Below are positions 11,111 through 22,527 of a DNA stretch of 64,000 nucleotides, piece after piece. Each line of letters begins with the position of its first letter. Position 1 is the first letter of the stretch. Made by a program: the position numbers and the translations under genes. Under the pieces are notes generated by a model. That model did no database searches. It was not told the DNA's origin and saw only the letters and a list, made by a program, of their open reading frames with translations. Source of the stretch: Candidatus Poribacteria bacterium (GTDB taxonomy: Bacteria > Poribacteria > WGA-4E > PCPOR2b); contig OZ244042.1 in the NCBI GenBank assembly GCA_965215015.1, forward strand, positions 4,672,001 to 4,736,000, written 5' to 3'.

Positions 11111-11878
11111 ATGGTAAGAGAAGATGGGCGCAAGTCGAGTCAGATGCGCCCGACCCGTATCGTTCGGAATTACATTAAACACCCAGAAGGATCTGTCTTA
11201 ATTGCTGTCGGTGATACAAAAGTTGTTTGTACGGCATCGGTCGAGGAGGCACAACCGCGTTTCATGCGTGAACAACGCCGCCGCAATCGAGGCTGGGTCA
11301 CCGCGGAGTATTCAATGCTGCCCCGTTCTACCTCCGACCGGATGCGGCGTGAAGTCACCCGTGGGTCGCTTGGCGGTAGAACGCAGGAAATTCAACGACT
11401 CATCGGTAGATCTTTAAGGGCGGTTGTAGATTTCAAAGCCCTTGGTGAACGTACAATCTGGATCGATTGTGACGTTATCCAAGCGGACGGCGGCACACGC
11501 ACCGCGTCAATTACCGGCGCATTTATCGCGCTTTGGGATGCCTGTCAATGGCTGATGGATCGAAAGTTGATAACAACGATTCCGATCATTGAACATGTGG
11601 CAGCAACCAGCGTCGGCATTATTGATGGCACACCCATGCTAGACCTCTGTTACACGGAAGATTCTAGCGCTGATGTCGATATGAACGTTGTCATGACAGG
11701 CGCGGGGAAATTCGTTGAGATTCAAGGCACTGCGGAAGAAACTCCGTTTTCAAAGGAGCAATCGGATCAGCTGCTCGATCTAGCGATCCGCGGTATTGAA
11801 CAACTAATCCGCCTTCAAAAACAGATAATTATTGAGAATAGAGATGAAGTTAGTATTGGCAACCCGGAATCAGGGTAA
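11111..11878 (+). CDS. rph: Ribonuclease PH
   Basis: [47 protein letters not shown]. Confidence 0.97.
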   Translation: MVREDGRKSSQMRPTRIVRNYIKHPEGSVLIAVGDTKVVCTASVEEAQPRFMREQRRRNRGWVTAEYSMLPRSTSDRMRREVTRGSLGGRTQEIQRLIGRSLRAVVDFKALGERTIWIDCDVIQADGGTRTASITGAFIALWDACQWLMDRKLITTIPIIEHVAATSVGIIDGTPMLDLCYTEDSSADVDMNVVMTGAGKFVEIQGTAEETPFSKEQSDQLLDLAIRGIEQLIRLQKQIIIENRDEVSIGNPESG

Positions 11879-12449
11879 AGTACGAGAAATCAGCAAAATA
11901 CTTAAATCCCAAAACGGAATTGAACTTTTGTCAATCCGTAATTACCCAGACGCACCAGAGGTCGTTGAAGATGGCAAAACTTATGAGGAGAACGCTAGCA
12001 AAAAAGCTTCTGCTCTTGCCGAATACACCGGACATTTAACCATCGCCGATGACTCCGGTTTGGAGGTAGATGCACTTGACGGAGCACCCGGTGTCCATTC
12101 CGCACGCTATGCCGGCGAAAACGCCTCAGATCAAGACCGTATTGTCAAATTACTTGCCGCGCTTCAGAATACTCCTGATGACCGGCGGTTAGGACGTTTC
12201 ATCTGTGCTGTGGCTATTGCTGAACCTCTCTCTCAAGCACAGGTCGTCCGGGGTGTCTGTGAGGGTCGAATCATTCGCAGGCCGCGTGGGAGGAGTGGCT
12301 TTGGATACGATCCAGTTTTCGTCCCCGTGGGCTATGACAAAACCTTTGCGGAATTGGGCGACGGAATTAAGAGTCAGATTAGCCACCGTGCACAGGCGTT
12401 GGGCGAAGCGAGAAAATTATTAAGTAAGATGAACTTTGCGAAGTTTTAA
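11844..12449 (+). CDS. rdgB: Non-canonical purine NTP pyrophosphatase (RdgB/HAM1)
   Basis: [34 protein letters not shown]; follows rph as usual. Confidence 0.95.
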   Translation: MKLVLATRNQGKVREISKILKSQNGIELLSIRNYPDAPEVVEDGKTYEENASKKASALAEYTGHLTIADDSGLEVDALDGAPGVHSARYAGENASDQDRIVKLLAALQNTPDDRRLGRFICAVAIAEPLSQAQVVRGVCEGRIIRRPRGRSGFGYDPVFVPVGYDKTFAELGDGIKSQISHRAQALGEARKLLSKMNFAKF

Positions 12450-12458
12450 GAACCCTCT

Positions 12459-13429
12459 ATGAAAGCCCCTGCCGCAAACATCCGCCCCCGAAAAGCCTCT
12501 ATACTCATCCCCGTTCTAGTTATCATTCCACTGATAGGGATCGGACTCTACGTTGTCCCCAACCTGTTTGATACCACTCCACCGCTCCTGACAGTGAGTG
12601 GTGTGGAAAAGGATAAACACTATCGTGGCTCTCTGACACTTAGTGTTGCCGCAATGGACGAAAACTCCGGCTTGGGCTCGTTGAGTGTGCAAATCGATGG
12701 TGGCCCCCCGAACCTCTTGAGTTTCGTCGAAGAAGCCTGCACCTTTTGAACACTGCAAACTACTGCATTCGCCGATGGGCCGCACACGATTTCCGTAACG
12801 GCGACGGATGGTTCTTGGCACAAAAATCAGACGGAGTACACACTTCCGTTTTATATCGACAACACCCCGCCATCGCTTCATGTCCCCCCGGAAACGCTTC
12901 GCGTTGGACAAGGCAGAACGCTCGCACTTTTTCTTCAAACGGATGAACCGCTTGCAGAGATCCGGGGAAACCTCTTTGATAAAGTGGTCGTCTTCTATCC
13001 GATGGGCTTAGAGAACCTTTACTGCAGTTTCCTTGGTATCAGCGTGACATCTGCTGTCCGAAACTATCCACCCACGGTAAACGCGACAGATTTAGTCGGC
13101 AATGAGGCGGAGCAAACATTTCAGGTGGAGGTCATTAAAACCGTCTTTGCACGGGGGGTTACATTACCCTCTCCCCCGAACAACAGCGAGTCATGATGGA
13201 CAAATCTAAAAGCCTAGAGGATAATGCAAAACGCGGTGTAGCGTACGCAAAAGCGGACCGGGAAACTGAACAGCTTTGGGAAGGAAAGTTCATTCGTCCT
13301 ACGGAAGGTCAACTGACATCGCCTTTTGGGAAGTACCGCGAATACAATAACGAGATTTCTCATCCTCGGAAATTGAGAGATTGTCTCTTCCAAATAGGGA
13401 ACAAAGATGAGTCAATTGATTCAACTTGA
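12459..13429 (+). pseudogene. Degraded M23-peptidase-type membrane-anchored protein with Ig-like N-terminal domains
   Basis: One frame runs 12459-13196 through a single TGA at 12747-12749 (...CTF*TLQTTAFADGPHTISVTATD...IDNTPP...). It then shifts to 13193-13429 (LWEGKFIRPTEGQLTSPFGKYREYN), which stops before the M23 HxxxD motif. Confidence 0.65.
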
Positions 13430-13961
13430 ACAGATTGTACCCAGCACAGTCTGCCTGTCATGCGATGTTTGCTGCCGGTTCATGGAACAAGACAGTTTCC
13501 TCGCACCTATCTTCACCCAAGCTGAAATGAAACAGGCGATTGCTAACGGGGTGGCGGCGAATTTCTTCCGCCCCACGGCAGATGGGAAAAGCACACAGGT
13601 TAAATTGATACTAAATGGGGATATGTACATCTGTCCCTGCTTTAATCCTGAAACAAGTGAGTGCACAATCTACCCGATTCGTCCGATGGACTGCCAGATC
13701 TATCCTTTCGCTCTGATGTACAATCGAGACCAAACGCAAGTTGTCCTAGGCATTGACATGACCTGCCCTTACGGCGAGGCGGAAATCCAGACAGAGGCGT
13801 TCCAACGCTATATTGACTACATGGCGGCCTATCTGGAATCGGACTCGATTGTTGAAACTATTGCTGTAAACTGGCAGCTCATTGGCCCCTATCAGGAGAC
13901 GGTGGTAATTGTCCGTGCCCTGGAAAAGTTGACGTCGGCAAGGACGAAAAACAGATGTTGA
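13407..13961 (+). CDS. YkgJ family CxxCxxCC zinc/iron-chelating protein
   Basis: CLSCDVCC, CPCF, CTIYPIRPMDCQIYPF. Confidence 0.85.
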   Translation: MSQLIQLEQIVPSTVCLSCDVCCRFMEQDSFLAPIFTQAEMKQAIANGVAANFFRPTADGKSTQVKLILNGDMYICPCFNPETSECTIYPIRPMDCQIYPFALMYNRDQTQVVLGIDMTCPYGEAEIQTEAFQRYIDYMAAYLESDSIVETIAVNWQLIGPYQETVVIVRALEKLTSARTKNRC

Positions 13962-14001
13962 ATTAATCGGAGGAAAAATCGAACTCAAAAAGGAGAAAAA
14001 T

Positions 14002-14805
14002 ATGGCAAAAGTGCCGTGCCGTTTGGCGGCCTTGGATTTAGATGGGACACTGCTAAACGACGAACACGCTGTGACAAATCGGAGTTGCGAAGCCCTCCAA
14101 AAATTATCAGCGCAAGGTGTTGTAGTCGTGCTGATTTCGGGGAGGATGCATCGAGCTATCTTGCCGATAAGCGATCAGATTGGGTTGGAAAATCCAATAA
14201 TTTCATACAACGGTGGGATGGTCAAACACCCTCGAACGGGAGAAATAATACATCATACCCCCATTCCGGCGGCAGCCGCAACGGCGTTGGTCAAATATGG
14301 AGATCAGGAGGGGTTACATCTTAACTTCTGTTTGAATGATCAACTGTTCATCAAGGAACACAATCAATGGAGTGAGCTATATAAGCAGAGAACGGGGGTT
14401 CCGGCAACGGCACTCGGAAATCTTCACGAGTTAGATGGGCAAGAACCTACGAAGATGCAGATTTTGGATACACCTGAAAAAATTAATATACTTCTTACTG
14501 AGTGTAAAACCGAGTTTGGTGAGCGATTATATGTCACGCGGACTCAGGTCGAATACATTGAGTTTATGAATCCACAGGTATCGAAAGGGCGAGCGTTGCA
14601 AGCCCTTGCGGATCAACTCGACATCCCCAATAATCTGATTGTTACATTTGGCGATGGGTACAACGATGAGAGTATGATGAAAATTGCCGGTTTCCGGATC
14701 GCCATGGGAAATTCTGTTGACGAAATTAAAGCTACCGCAGATTACACAACAGACACCAACGAGAACGATGGAGTCGCCCTAGCAGTTGAGCAACTTCTGC
14801 TTTGA
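14002..14805 (+). CDS. Cof-type HAD-IIB hydrolase
   Basis: DLDGTLL, SGR, SKG, FGDGYND, AMGN. Confidence 0.93.
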   Translation: MAKVPCRLAALDLDGTLLNDEHAVTNRSCEALQKLSAQGVVVVLISGRMHRAILPISDQIGLENPIISYNGGMVKHPRTGEIIHHTPIPAAAATALVKYGDQEGLHLNFCLNDQLFIKEHNQWSELYKQRTGVPATALGNLHELDGQEPTKMQILDTPEKINILLTECKTEFGERLYVTRTQVEYIEFMNPQVSKGRALQALADQLDIPNNLIVTFGDGYNDESMMKIAGFRIAMGNSVDEIKATADYTTDTNENDGVALAVEQLLL

Positions 14806-14826
14806 ATATGGTGTAAATTGTCTTGA

Positions 14827-15102
14827 TTACGCTTGTATGGGATGGCGGACTTTCGTTCCGAGGACTGGGATATTTGCAACAAGGGCCATTGAGTCTTGCT
14901 CTCGTTCAAGCTCCATTTCGACTTGCTCTCGCTGGAGTATAAAATACTTTGACAGAACCTCGGTCAGTTCTGCTTGTAGGCTTTCCATAATCTCCTCATC
15001 AATCCCAGTCCGATCTTGGACGAGGATGAGTTGTAGCCGACTTTTCGCAACACTTTTGCTCTGCTGCTCCCGATTCAGTAACTGCATTAACCGTCTGAAC
15101 AT
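14827..15102 (-). CDS. minE: Cell division topological specificity factor MinE
   Basis: SKSVAKSRLQLILVQDR...LVANIP; start ATG 15102 with AGGAGG RBS; downstream of minD. Confidence 0.92.
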   Translation of the reverse strand: MFRRLMQLLNREQQSKSVAKSRLQLILVQDRTGIDEEIMESLQAELTEVLSKYFILQREQVEMELEREQDSMALVANIPVLGTKVRHPIQA

Positions 15103-15115
15103 TTGTTTCCTCCTT

Positions 15116-15910
15116 TTAGCTCCAGGTGAACAGTTTGCCAAACCAGGTGCCGAGCAAACCTGCCGACTTAAACTCTGGGATTGGAATATCTTCCCCCTCA
15201 AGCCTTTGTGCGATACGCTTGTAAGCCTGCCCTGCGTCGGACTTATGATTATAGGCTGACGGCATTCCTCGGTTCGTTGAAACAACAATTTCCTTATCAT
15301 CTGGGATAACCCCAATCAGATCGATGGACAAAATGTCCGTGACATCCGTTGGCTCCATCATATCCCCTGTCTTGACCATGTCTGGTGCAAGTCGATTGAT
15401 GATAAGGTACATGTCGTCAATATTCATGTTCTGCAATAAGCCGATGATTCTATCCGCATCCCTGACCGATGCAACTTCTGGCGTTGTTAGGATAAGTGCT
15501 TCATCGGCACCCGCTGCTGCGTTTTGAAATCCCTGCTCGATCCCAGCAGGTGAATCAACAAGAACATAGTCGTGCATCTCTTTCAGCTCAAGGCAGAGTT
15601 TTTTCATCTGTTCCGGCTGAATATCGCTTTTGTTATTTTTCTGAGAAGCTGCAAGCAGATAGAGGTCTTTTGTCCGTCGATCTTTAACCAACGCTTGTTC
15701 AAGCTCACAAACGCCTTCGAGGACATCCATTGATGTATATACGACGCGGCTTTCCAGTCCCATAATGACGTCCAGATTTCTCAATCCGACATCCGCGTCA
15801 ACGACAACGACCTTCCTATCGAGCACGGCTAGGGCCGTTCCAAGATTCGCCGTGGAAGTGCTTTTACCAACACCGCCTTTACCAGACGTAACGACGATCA
15901 CTTTTCCCAT
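15116..15910 (-). CDS. minD: Septum site-determining ATPase MinD
   Basis: TSGKGGVGKST, DADVGLRNLD, DSPAGIEQGF, RDADRIIGLL, amphipathic C-terminal helix. Confidence 0.97.
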   Translation of the reverse strand: MGKVIVVTSGKGGVGKSTSTANLGTALAVLDRKVVVVDADVGLRNLDVIMGLESRVVYTSMDVLEGVCELEQALVKDRRTKDLYLLAASQKNNKSDIQPEQMKKLCLELKEMHDYVLVDSPAGIEQGFQNAAAGADEALILTTPEVASVRDADRIIGLLQNMNIDDMYLIINRLAPDMVKTGDMMEPTDVTDILSIDLIGVIPDDKEIVVSTNRGMPSAYNHKSDAGQAYKRIAQRLEGEDIPIPEFKSAGLLGTWFGKLFTWS

Positions 15911-16167
15911 TTGTTCGTTGTCCTTTCTTCACAAAAGTTTCGATATCGTACCAATTCTGATTGATAACCATGCTTGAATACCTGTCCTCTGGTAGGTCCT
16001 TGCTTTAGATAGTAACCATCTCTAACCACCGTTCGGCTAACAGACTCGATATCCCAGGGCAAGCTGCCGGTGAGCGATAATGCTTTATCACGATTCGGAA
16101 ATTCACAAAACTGAAAAACGGTGAGAGGAGTCTATATTCGTTTGTATCTTTCTAATTTTAACTAGAG

Positions 16168-16854
16168 TTAATCGAATTCTTCGACGATAATGGCATCTTC
16201 TAGAACGCGTGCGATTTCTGCTCTCTGGTGCCGGCGTCGTTGTTCAGCAGGGGCACGGGTGATAAAACGTCCAATTCTCAACTGAGTCGGTAACAGATTC
16301 AGTGCAAAAATTATTGATGATGTATTACCGAGCGCACCCGCATGAGCAACGCCGCGTAATGTACCAAGGACAATAATATCTCCGGCGGCAACCACTTCCG
16401 CTCCCGGATTCACATCGCCCAGAATGACCATATTTCCTTCTAACGCGCGTTCTGCCTGTCCAGAACGTAGTGTATGACGGATAAATAGTGTCTCTTCACG
16501 CGGCGGAGCAACTTGATTATAAACATGCTCTTCCCCATGGAGTGCTGGTACCCCTGCAATCTGAGGTTCTTTCGCTCCTTTTGGTTCATCGTAGGAGTCA
16601 CCAATGATTTGCTTCACTTCGAGTCCATAGCTTTCGTTCAATAAATTTTTAAGGTGAATTAATTCTATATCATCTAACGATCGGCTTCCGAGATCGATAT
16701 TCATTGTCAAACCTGACAACGAATCCCCTAAGTTTGCCATTCGCTCTACAATTGCCCGCTCGATCCGTTCCATTGAGGCTTCCGGATTAATAATCAGACG
16801 CATACCATCGCGGAAGCCCTTGAGTTCAACGGTTGGACGTGATTCGTTCTGCAT
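16168..16854 (-). CDS. minC: Septum site-determining protein MinC
   Basis: TLRSGQ, GDVNPGAEVVAAGDIIVLGTLRGVAHAG, PTQLRIG. Confidence 0.95.
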   Translation of the reverse strand: MQNESRPTVELKGFRDGMRLIINPEASMERIERAIVERMANLGDSLSGLTMNIDLGSRSLDDIELIHLKNLLNESYGLEVKQIIGDSYDEPKGAKEPQIAGVPALHGEEHVYNQVAPPREETLFIRHTLRSGQAERALEGNMVILGDVNPGAEVVAAGDIIVLGTLRGVAHAGALGNTSSIIFALNLLPTQLRIGRFITRAPAEQRRRHQRAEIARVLEDAIIVEEFD

Positions 16855-16887
16855 TTCATCCCTCTTATGAAATAATAGCCCTCAAAT

Positions 16888-18162
16888 CTAGTTTTCAATT
16901 TTTGCCAAAACGTAGGGACCGTCAGGAAGCACAGCAATTTGGGCATCAGCTCCATGTTTGGAAAGGACGCGTTTAATCCCTTCTTCGGGGCTGCGGATCG
17001 GCTGCACAAATAGGTCTTTCAGTTGGTCATAGGGTATACCATCGGCATAACAGTAGATTTCGGCTTTTTTCGCAGCTTTCGCCAACTCCTCCAGTTGCCA
17101 TTGGTCAATGACAAAGTTTGCCGGGTCGTGGATATCGTGAATAAACTGCTTCAAATCTTTTGTTTTTAAAATTAAATCGGTGAAAGGGCCGCTTCCAATT
17201 CCTTGGCTGCATTCCGCAACTAGAATAATGCTCCCATTCGGTTTTACAATTTCTACCGCTGCCAGCATTCCCTTGACTGCTTGATAGAACGTGGTATCAA
17301 GCGGATAACCTGCGCTTGACACAAGGACAGCGTCCACAGGCTGCGGCAATGTTACTTTTACCTGTTTTTCAACAAACCTGACACCTGCCAAATGAGATTC
17401 GACGATATCGCCAGCAAATATACCGGTCAGTCTGCGTTGGTCATCGATTGTGACGTTCACGTTAAAATCCACACCCGCCATCAAGGCAATCTCGGTGGCT
17501 TCGATATGAAGGGGGTTGCCTTCCAGGTTGCCGACCGAAGCCTTTGGGTGTTCGAGAATTTGGGGGCCGTGCAGCACTTTCATTGTCTCGATTGAAGCCA
17601 GTCCGGGGCAAATTGATTTACGGCCGCCGGAATATCCTGCCATCAGATGGGGTTCAATCAGAGCGGTCGTGACTTTCAAGTCTGATTCCAGATAGGTTTT
17701 ATCGATATAAACCGGGGCACCCCCTCGCGTTAAACCGAGATATTTATGCGTCTCGATCGCCTGAGAAAAATGGTTGACAATCCGATAGTTACTCATAATC
17801 TCGGTGCCGACCATTTCTTCGAGCTCTTTTCCTTCATTGGGGCGATGGATGCCTGTTGCAATCAGAATCGTGATTTTTTTACGTGGAATGCCGCTCGATT
17901 CCAATATTTGTAGGATTGGTGGAAGGATTAGCTTATTGGGAACGGGGCGCGTCACATCGGAAATGACAACGCAGGCGGAAGTCCGATCCTTCGCCAAGGC
18001 AGCTAGCGGCGCGGAGTGAATTGGGGACTCGATCGCGTCCCAAACTGCACGCTTCGGCCGCCCGATTGGGACAGATTTCTGGAGGGTCAACACGCCTGCC
18101 AAATTCTGCTGGGGAATGTCAACTTCCAATAGATCTCGTCCGTATTTCATACCAACTAGCAT
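16888..18162 (-). CDS. Nickel-pincer-dependent lactate racemase (LarA) family protein
   Basis: SDVTRPVP, ATGIHRP, VNH, EPHLMAGYSGGRKSICPG, FYQAVKG. Substrate unknown. Confidence 0.88.
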   Translation of the reverse strand: MLVGMKYGRDLLEVDIPQQNLAGVLTLQKSVPIGRPKRAVWDAIESPIHSAPLAALAKDRTSACVVISDVTRPVPNKLILPPILQILESSGIPRKKITILIATGIHRPNEGKELEEMVGTEIMSNYRIVNHFSQAIETHKYLGLTRGGAPVYIDKTYLESDLKVTTALIEPHLMAGYSGGRKSICPGLASIETMKVLHGPQILEHPKASVGNLEGNPLHIEATEIALMAGVDFNVNVTIDDQRRLTGIFAGDIVESHLAGVRFVEKQVKVTLPQPVDAVLVSSAGYPLDTTFYQAVKGMLAAVEIVKPNGSIILVAECSQGIGSGPFTDLILKTKDLKQFIHDIHDPANFVIDQWQLEELAKAAKKAEIYCYADGIPYDQLKDLFVQPIRSPEEGIKRVLSKHGADAQIAVLPDGPYVLAKIEN

Positions 18163-18227
18163 TAAAATTCACCTCAGTTTGCTGACTTCAAGTTAGGAGA
18201 CTTCATATAAACTTTACCATCATAACA

Positions 18228-18256
18228 TTATAAACGAGATTCCGCCTTTGGTGCAA
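18228..18256 (-). promoter_or_regulatory. Putative sigma70 promoter for larA-like/minCDE
   Basis: Minus strand TTGCAC-N18-TATAAT about 65 nt upstream of the start codon. Confidence 0.55.
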
Positions 18257-18299
18257 GTCTTTTTTTAGGGTCATTTAGTTTTCGTTTGTGGTATATTTC

Positions 18300-19445
18300 G
18301 CAAAGCACTCATCAGCCCGCATGGCATTTGAGACACACCTTCTCCCCAACCCCCTCCCGCATCCAATGGGACTGATTCTCAATCCATCCCTGTCCCCACC
18401 ACTCGGTGTCCCTTTTCAAGGGTCCGTTCTCACTGGGTGTGCATCGGTTGAGGTGGATGGAAAGGGGATGAGGCGTGCTTATCTCAGGAGGCGTGGCAAC
18501 CCCACACCGAATCTCTTGATGGAACGGCTTGGGGTGGGTCCCACAGGGACGCCATCATCCCGCCAAAGCACACACGGTCGCGCACAACTGAGACTGTGTA
18601 AGTCAAGTATCGGTCTTTACAATCCTGCCTTGGGTGTCAAAGCCCGAACGTCTCTCGGTGAAGATGGGGATTTCATCAGTCTGCTCATCCACTGCTTTTT
18701 GCACAATGGGCACCCCCAGGTGATGACTGACAACGTGGAACCGATGCCTCAGCGCGGCGGTGTGCCGGGCACCGCTGCCAAGCGTCTTGCCACCCATAAC
18801 GAGTGCCGGTCAAGACGGAAGACCGGCAGGCTTTGAAGAGGTTGGACGCCCCATGGGCTCAGCACCGTCTCCGCCTGTGCAATATCCACTCTCTTAAATA
18901 GGTTATGTAAGGTCACAGCACAGGGGGGGGGGTGGCGCGGGTCAAGCCGGGGGTTATGACTAAGGCGGGAGCATAGCCTGTCCCCATTGAGCAATAGTGC
19001 TCTAACTCCGATACCCACACAGAATCGCAGGCACCGAGGGGGCAAGAATTGTCCCTAGGAGGAGCATTTTCCCTTTTGCCTTGCGAGAATCCGGGGCTTC
19101 TGATAAAATGTCTATCAAGTGATATGACCGGGAAAGAGACTTTTCTCTGTTTGATTCAAGAACCTGTATGATGGTTAAGTCCGTTTTTTGAGGTACTCCC
19201 ACACCTAAAGGATTGGGACTCCTACCCGTTCCTTTAAGAGTCGAATTGTGCTATCAACACGGATAGCAAGCCTTTGCCCGTCTGACAACCGCTACGGCAA
19301 TGGACAACGCCCTGCCCATGGGGACCAATTGATCGGAACCCCTTTGGACAGCCATACCCTCCTGGAACATGTTGCCATCGCAGTATGGGAAAACCGCCTC
19401 GGCTTTTACCCCTGATGACCGTTTTCGGCAGGAGGTATGGCGATA
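18300..19445 (-). ncRNA. Candidate large (about 1.15 kb) structured non-coding RNA, family not recognised
   Basis: No credible protein ORF. Many nested helices whose non-Watson-Crick pairs read as G-U on the minus strand. Consensus-like promoter immediately upstream. Confidence 0.65.
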
Positions 19446-19451
19446 AGGTCA

Positions 19452-19480
19452 ATTATATACCAAAACGTTTTTGAAAACAA
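19452..19480 (-). promoter_or_regulatory. Putative sigma70 promoter driving the large candidate ncRNA
   Basis: Minus strand TTGTTT(19480-19475)-N17-TATAAT(19457-19452); the first helix starts about 10 nt downstream. Confidence 0.6.
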
Positions 19481-19592
19481 GAAAAACCCATGCAAAAGCA
19501 GGGGTGTTCCCCTAAACATAAATGTTTGGGGTTTAGACCGAAAGGATTTTTGATAAAGTTTGAAACGGGAAAAATGGGTCAAAATTTGAACC

Positions 19593-19622
19593 TTGACGAA
19601 TTGAGGGTTTGTGTGGAATAAT
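19593..19622 (+). promoter_or_regulatory. Putative promoter of the gap-tpiA-secG operon
   Basis: TTGACG-N18-AATAAT with TG preceding the -10. Confidence 0.5.
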
Positions 19623-19653
19623 TTTAGGCCCGTGTTAAAAATATGGAGGATAA

Positions 19654-20658
<1,005 letters not shown>

Positions 20659-20734
20659 TACGCGCAGCCAATCTCAATCTGTCCACACTTACACTGAATC
20701 TTGTTTCCGCTGTGTCACTCATACATAGGAGAAC

Positions 20735-21508
20735 ATGCGCATACCAATCATCGTCGGTAATTGGAAGCTTAACAAGACCATCAGTGAAGGGGTAACACTT
20801 GTTACAGAGCTTCGGTCATTGGTCACTGATGTCACCGATGTCGAAATCGTTGTCGCTCCCGTTTTCACTGGGCTCTCCGCAGTTGCAGGGGCACTAGCAG
20901 ACGGAGAGATTCGACTCGCAGCACAGGATGTTTTCTGGGAGAATAGCGGCGCATTTACGGGCGAAGTATCGCCGGGGATGCTCAAGGATGTTGGTTGCGA
21001 CTACGTGATCATCGGTCACTCTGAACGCCGGCAATATTTCGGTGAAACGAATGAAAATGTCAACCGCAAAGCCAAGGCAGCGCACGCCCACGGTTTGATA
21101 CCAATAATCTGTGCCGGTGAAAAGTTTGAGGAGCGGGAGGCTGGCAAAACTGAAGCGGTTGTCAAGAACTACCTTCTCAACGGGATTGCTGGGTTATCCG
21201 CAGATCAGATTGTGTCTACGGTGATTGCCTATGAACCTGTCTGGGCAATCGGAACGGGCCACAATGCAACCCCAGACCAAGCCCAAGAGGTCCATACGTT
21301 TATCAGGTCGGTTTTATCAGAAGTCTATTCGACTGATGTGGCATCGCAGGTCAGAATCCAGTATGGTGGCAGTGTTAAGCCGGATAATGCTGTCGAGTTA
21401 ATCGCGCAGCCTGATGTAGACGGCGCATTGGTCGGCACAGCGAGTTGGGAAGCGGAATCATTTGCCCAAATCGTCAAAGCTGCGTACGACGCTTTTTCAA
21501 TCAATTAA
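20735..21508 (+). CDS. tpiA: Triosephosphate isomerase
   Basis: [28 protein letters not shown]. Confidence 0.98.
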   Translation: MRIPIIVGNWKLNKTISEGVTLVTELRSLVTDVTDVEIVVAPVFTGLSAVAGALADGEIRLAAQDVFWENSGAFTGEVSPGMLKDVGCDYVIIGHSERRQYFGETNENVNRKAKAAHAHGLIPIICAGEKFEEREAGKTEAVVKNYLLNGIAGLSADQIVSTVIAYEPVWAIGTGHNATPDQAQEVHTFIRSVLSEVYSTDVASQVRIQYGGSVKPDNAVELIAQPDVDGALVGTASWEAESFAQIVKAAYDAFSIN

Positions 21509-21542
21509 AAATAAAAAATTATTACGAAAGTGAGGAACTATC

Positions 21543-21953
21543 ATGGGAATTGTCGTCGGTTTTATTCTTGTTCTTTTTGTGCCTGCCTGTATTTTGCTGC
21601 CCATTATTATCCTGTTGCAAGATAGCAAAGGAGAGGGACTTTCATCAAGTGCATTTGGTGCAGCAGCGGGTAGCAGCATGCAATCAGTTTTAGGTGGACA
21701 AGGTGCTGCAACCTTCCTCTCCAAGGTCACAACATGGCTGGCTATCGGATTCATGATAATGGCACTGTTTCTGATGCGCTTCTACGGTGAAACGGGCGGC
21801 GAATTAAAACCGCTTCAGGAGGGAGCAGCGCAATCTGAAGTTACGGTTACGCCCTCAGACGAAACAGCGGAAGCAGGCGACGCAGCTGATACCGCTGAGG
21901 CAGACGCAGTCGATGCGTCATCATCTGAGGACTCAGATGATGTTGGGCAGTAA
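21543..21953 (+). CDS. secG: Preprotein translocase subunit SecG
   Basis: ILLQDSKGEGL...FG...LSKVT with two TM segments; located after tpiA. Confidence 0.88.
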   Translation: MGIVVGFILVLFVPACILLPIIILLQDSKGEGLSSSAFGAAAGSSMQSVLGGQGAATFLSKVTTWLAIGFMIMALFLMRFYGETGGELKPLQEGAAQSEVTVTPSDETAEAGDAADTAEADAVDASSSEDSDDVGQ

Positions 21954-22034
21954 AAATAGATCTGCATTGTACGATCAAAGGCATCGCGCGCTCAAGGCGC
22001 CATTGCTTGAAGTTGCAGAAGCCCGGAGATTTTT

Positions 22035-22475
22035 ATGAAAAACGGGTTCATGCGTAACTCGCTTATTTTTTTTCTTATCCTCGTTGGGACGCTTAACTAT
22101 TTCATGGTAGGTTGCGGCGGGGATGAGGACGATGATACAGACACGCTCTACAAGGAGCTCGCTGGAACGTATCAATTATATCGGGGAGAGCTTACCTTGC
22201 TTGATGGAAGCAAAGTTGTTCTTGAACCACCTGACATCGCCGGAAGTATGACAGTCTCATCGGATAGAAGAATCACTCAGGAAGTCGAAGCATATGGAAA
22301 TTCTTTGACCATCAAAGGTGCCTTTGAAATTTTTCCAGATGAAGGGGTTATAGAGATAGACAGTGAGGCAGCAGCTATCATTTCTAAGCCAACCTATACA
22401 TGGGACGGGAGTGTATTCATAATAACTATAAACGTTGGTGCCTTCATTCAAAAGAGCTTTTGGCGTAAACTTTGA
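22035..22475 (+). CDS. Putative lipoprotein (lipocalin-like beta fold)
   Basis: Signal peptide with MVGC lipobox-like site, then LAGTYQL. Confidence 0.65.
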   Translation: MKNGFMRNSLIFFLILVGTLNYFMVGCGGDEDDDTDTLYKELAGTYQLYRGELTLLDGSKVVLEPPDIAGSMTVSSDRRITQEVEAYGNSLTIKGAFEIFPDEGVIEIDSEAAAIISKPTYTWDGSVFIITINVGAFIQKSFWRKL

Positions 22476-22527
22476 GTAGGATTTTATTTAGCCCAAATAA
22501 AACTCTTGCTACTCTAAGGGTTAATCA

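Noticed and set aside
12747-12749. Recoded TGA (selenocysteine or tryptophan)
   Set aside because: The same gene has a further frameshift and truncation, and TGA serves as a normal stop elsewhere in the window.
14827-15315. 162-aa extended MinE
   Set aside because: The extension overlaps minD; the real start is ATG 15102 with an AGGAGG RBS.
15911-16167. Structured RNA in the minC-minD gap
   Set aside because: Only short weak hairpins; nothing supportable.
18300-19445. RNase P RNA, tmRNA or group II intron
   Set aside because: No GAGGAAAGTCC-type P4 motif, no tRNA-like ends, and no domain V found by eye.
18288-19452. ORFs 18288-18836(+), 18603-18797(-), 18749-19045(-), 19002-19202(-), 19234-19452(-) as proteins
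   Set aside because: No RBS or recognisable motifs, non-ATG or arbitrary starts, and mutual overlap. RNA structure explains the region better.
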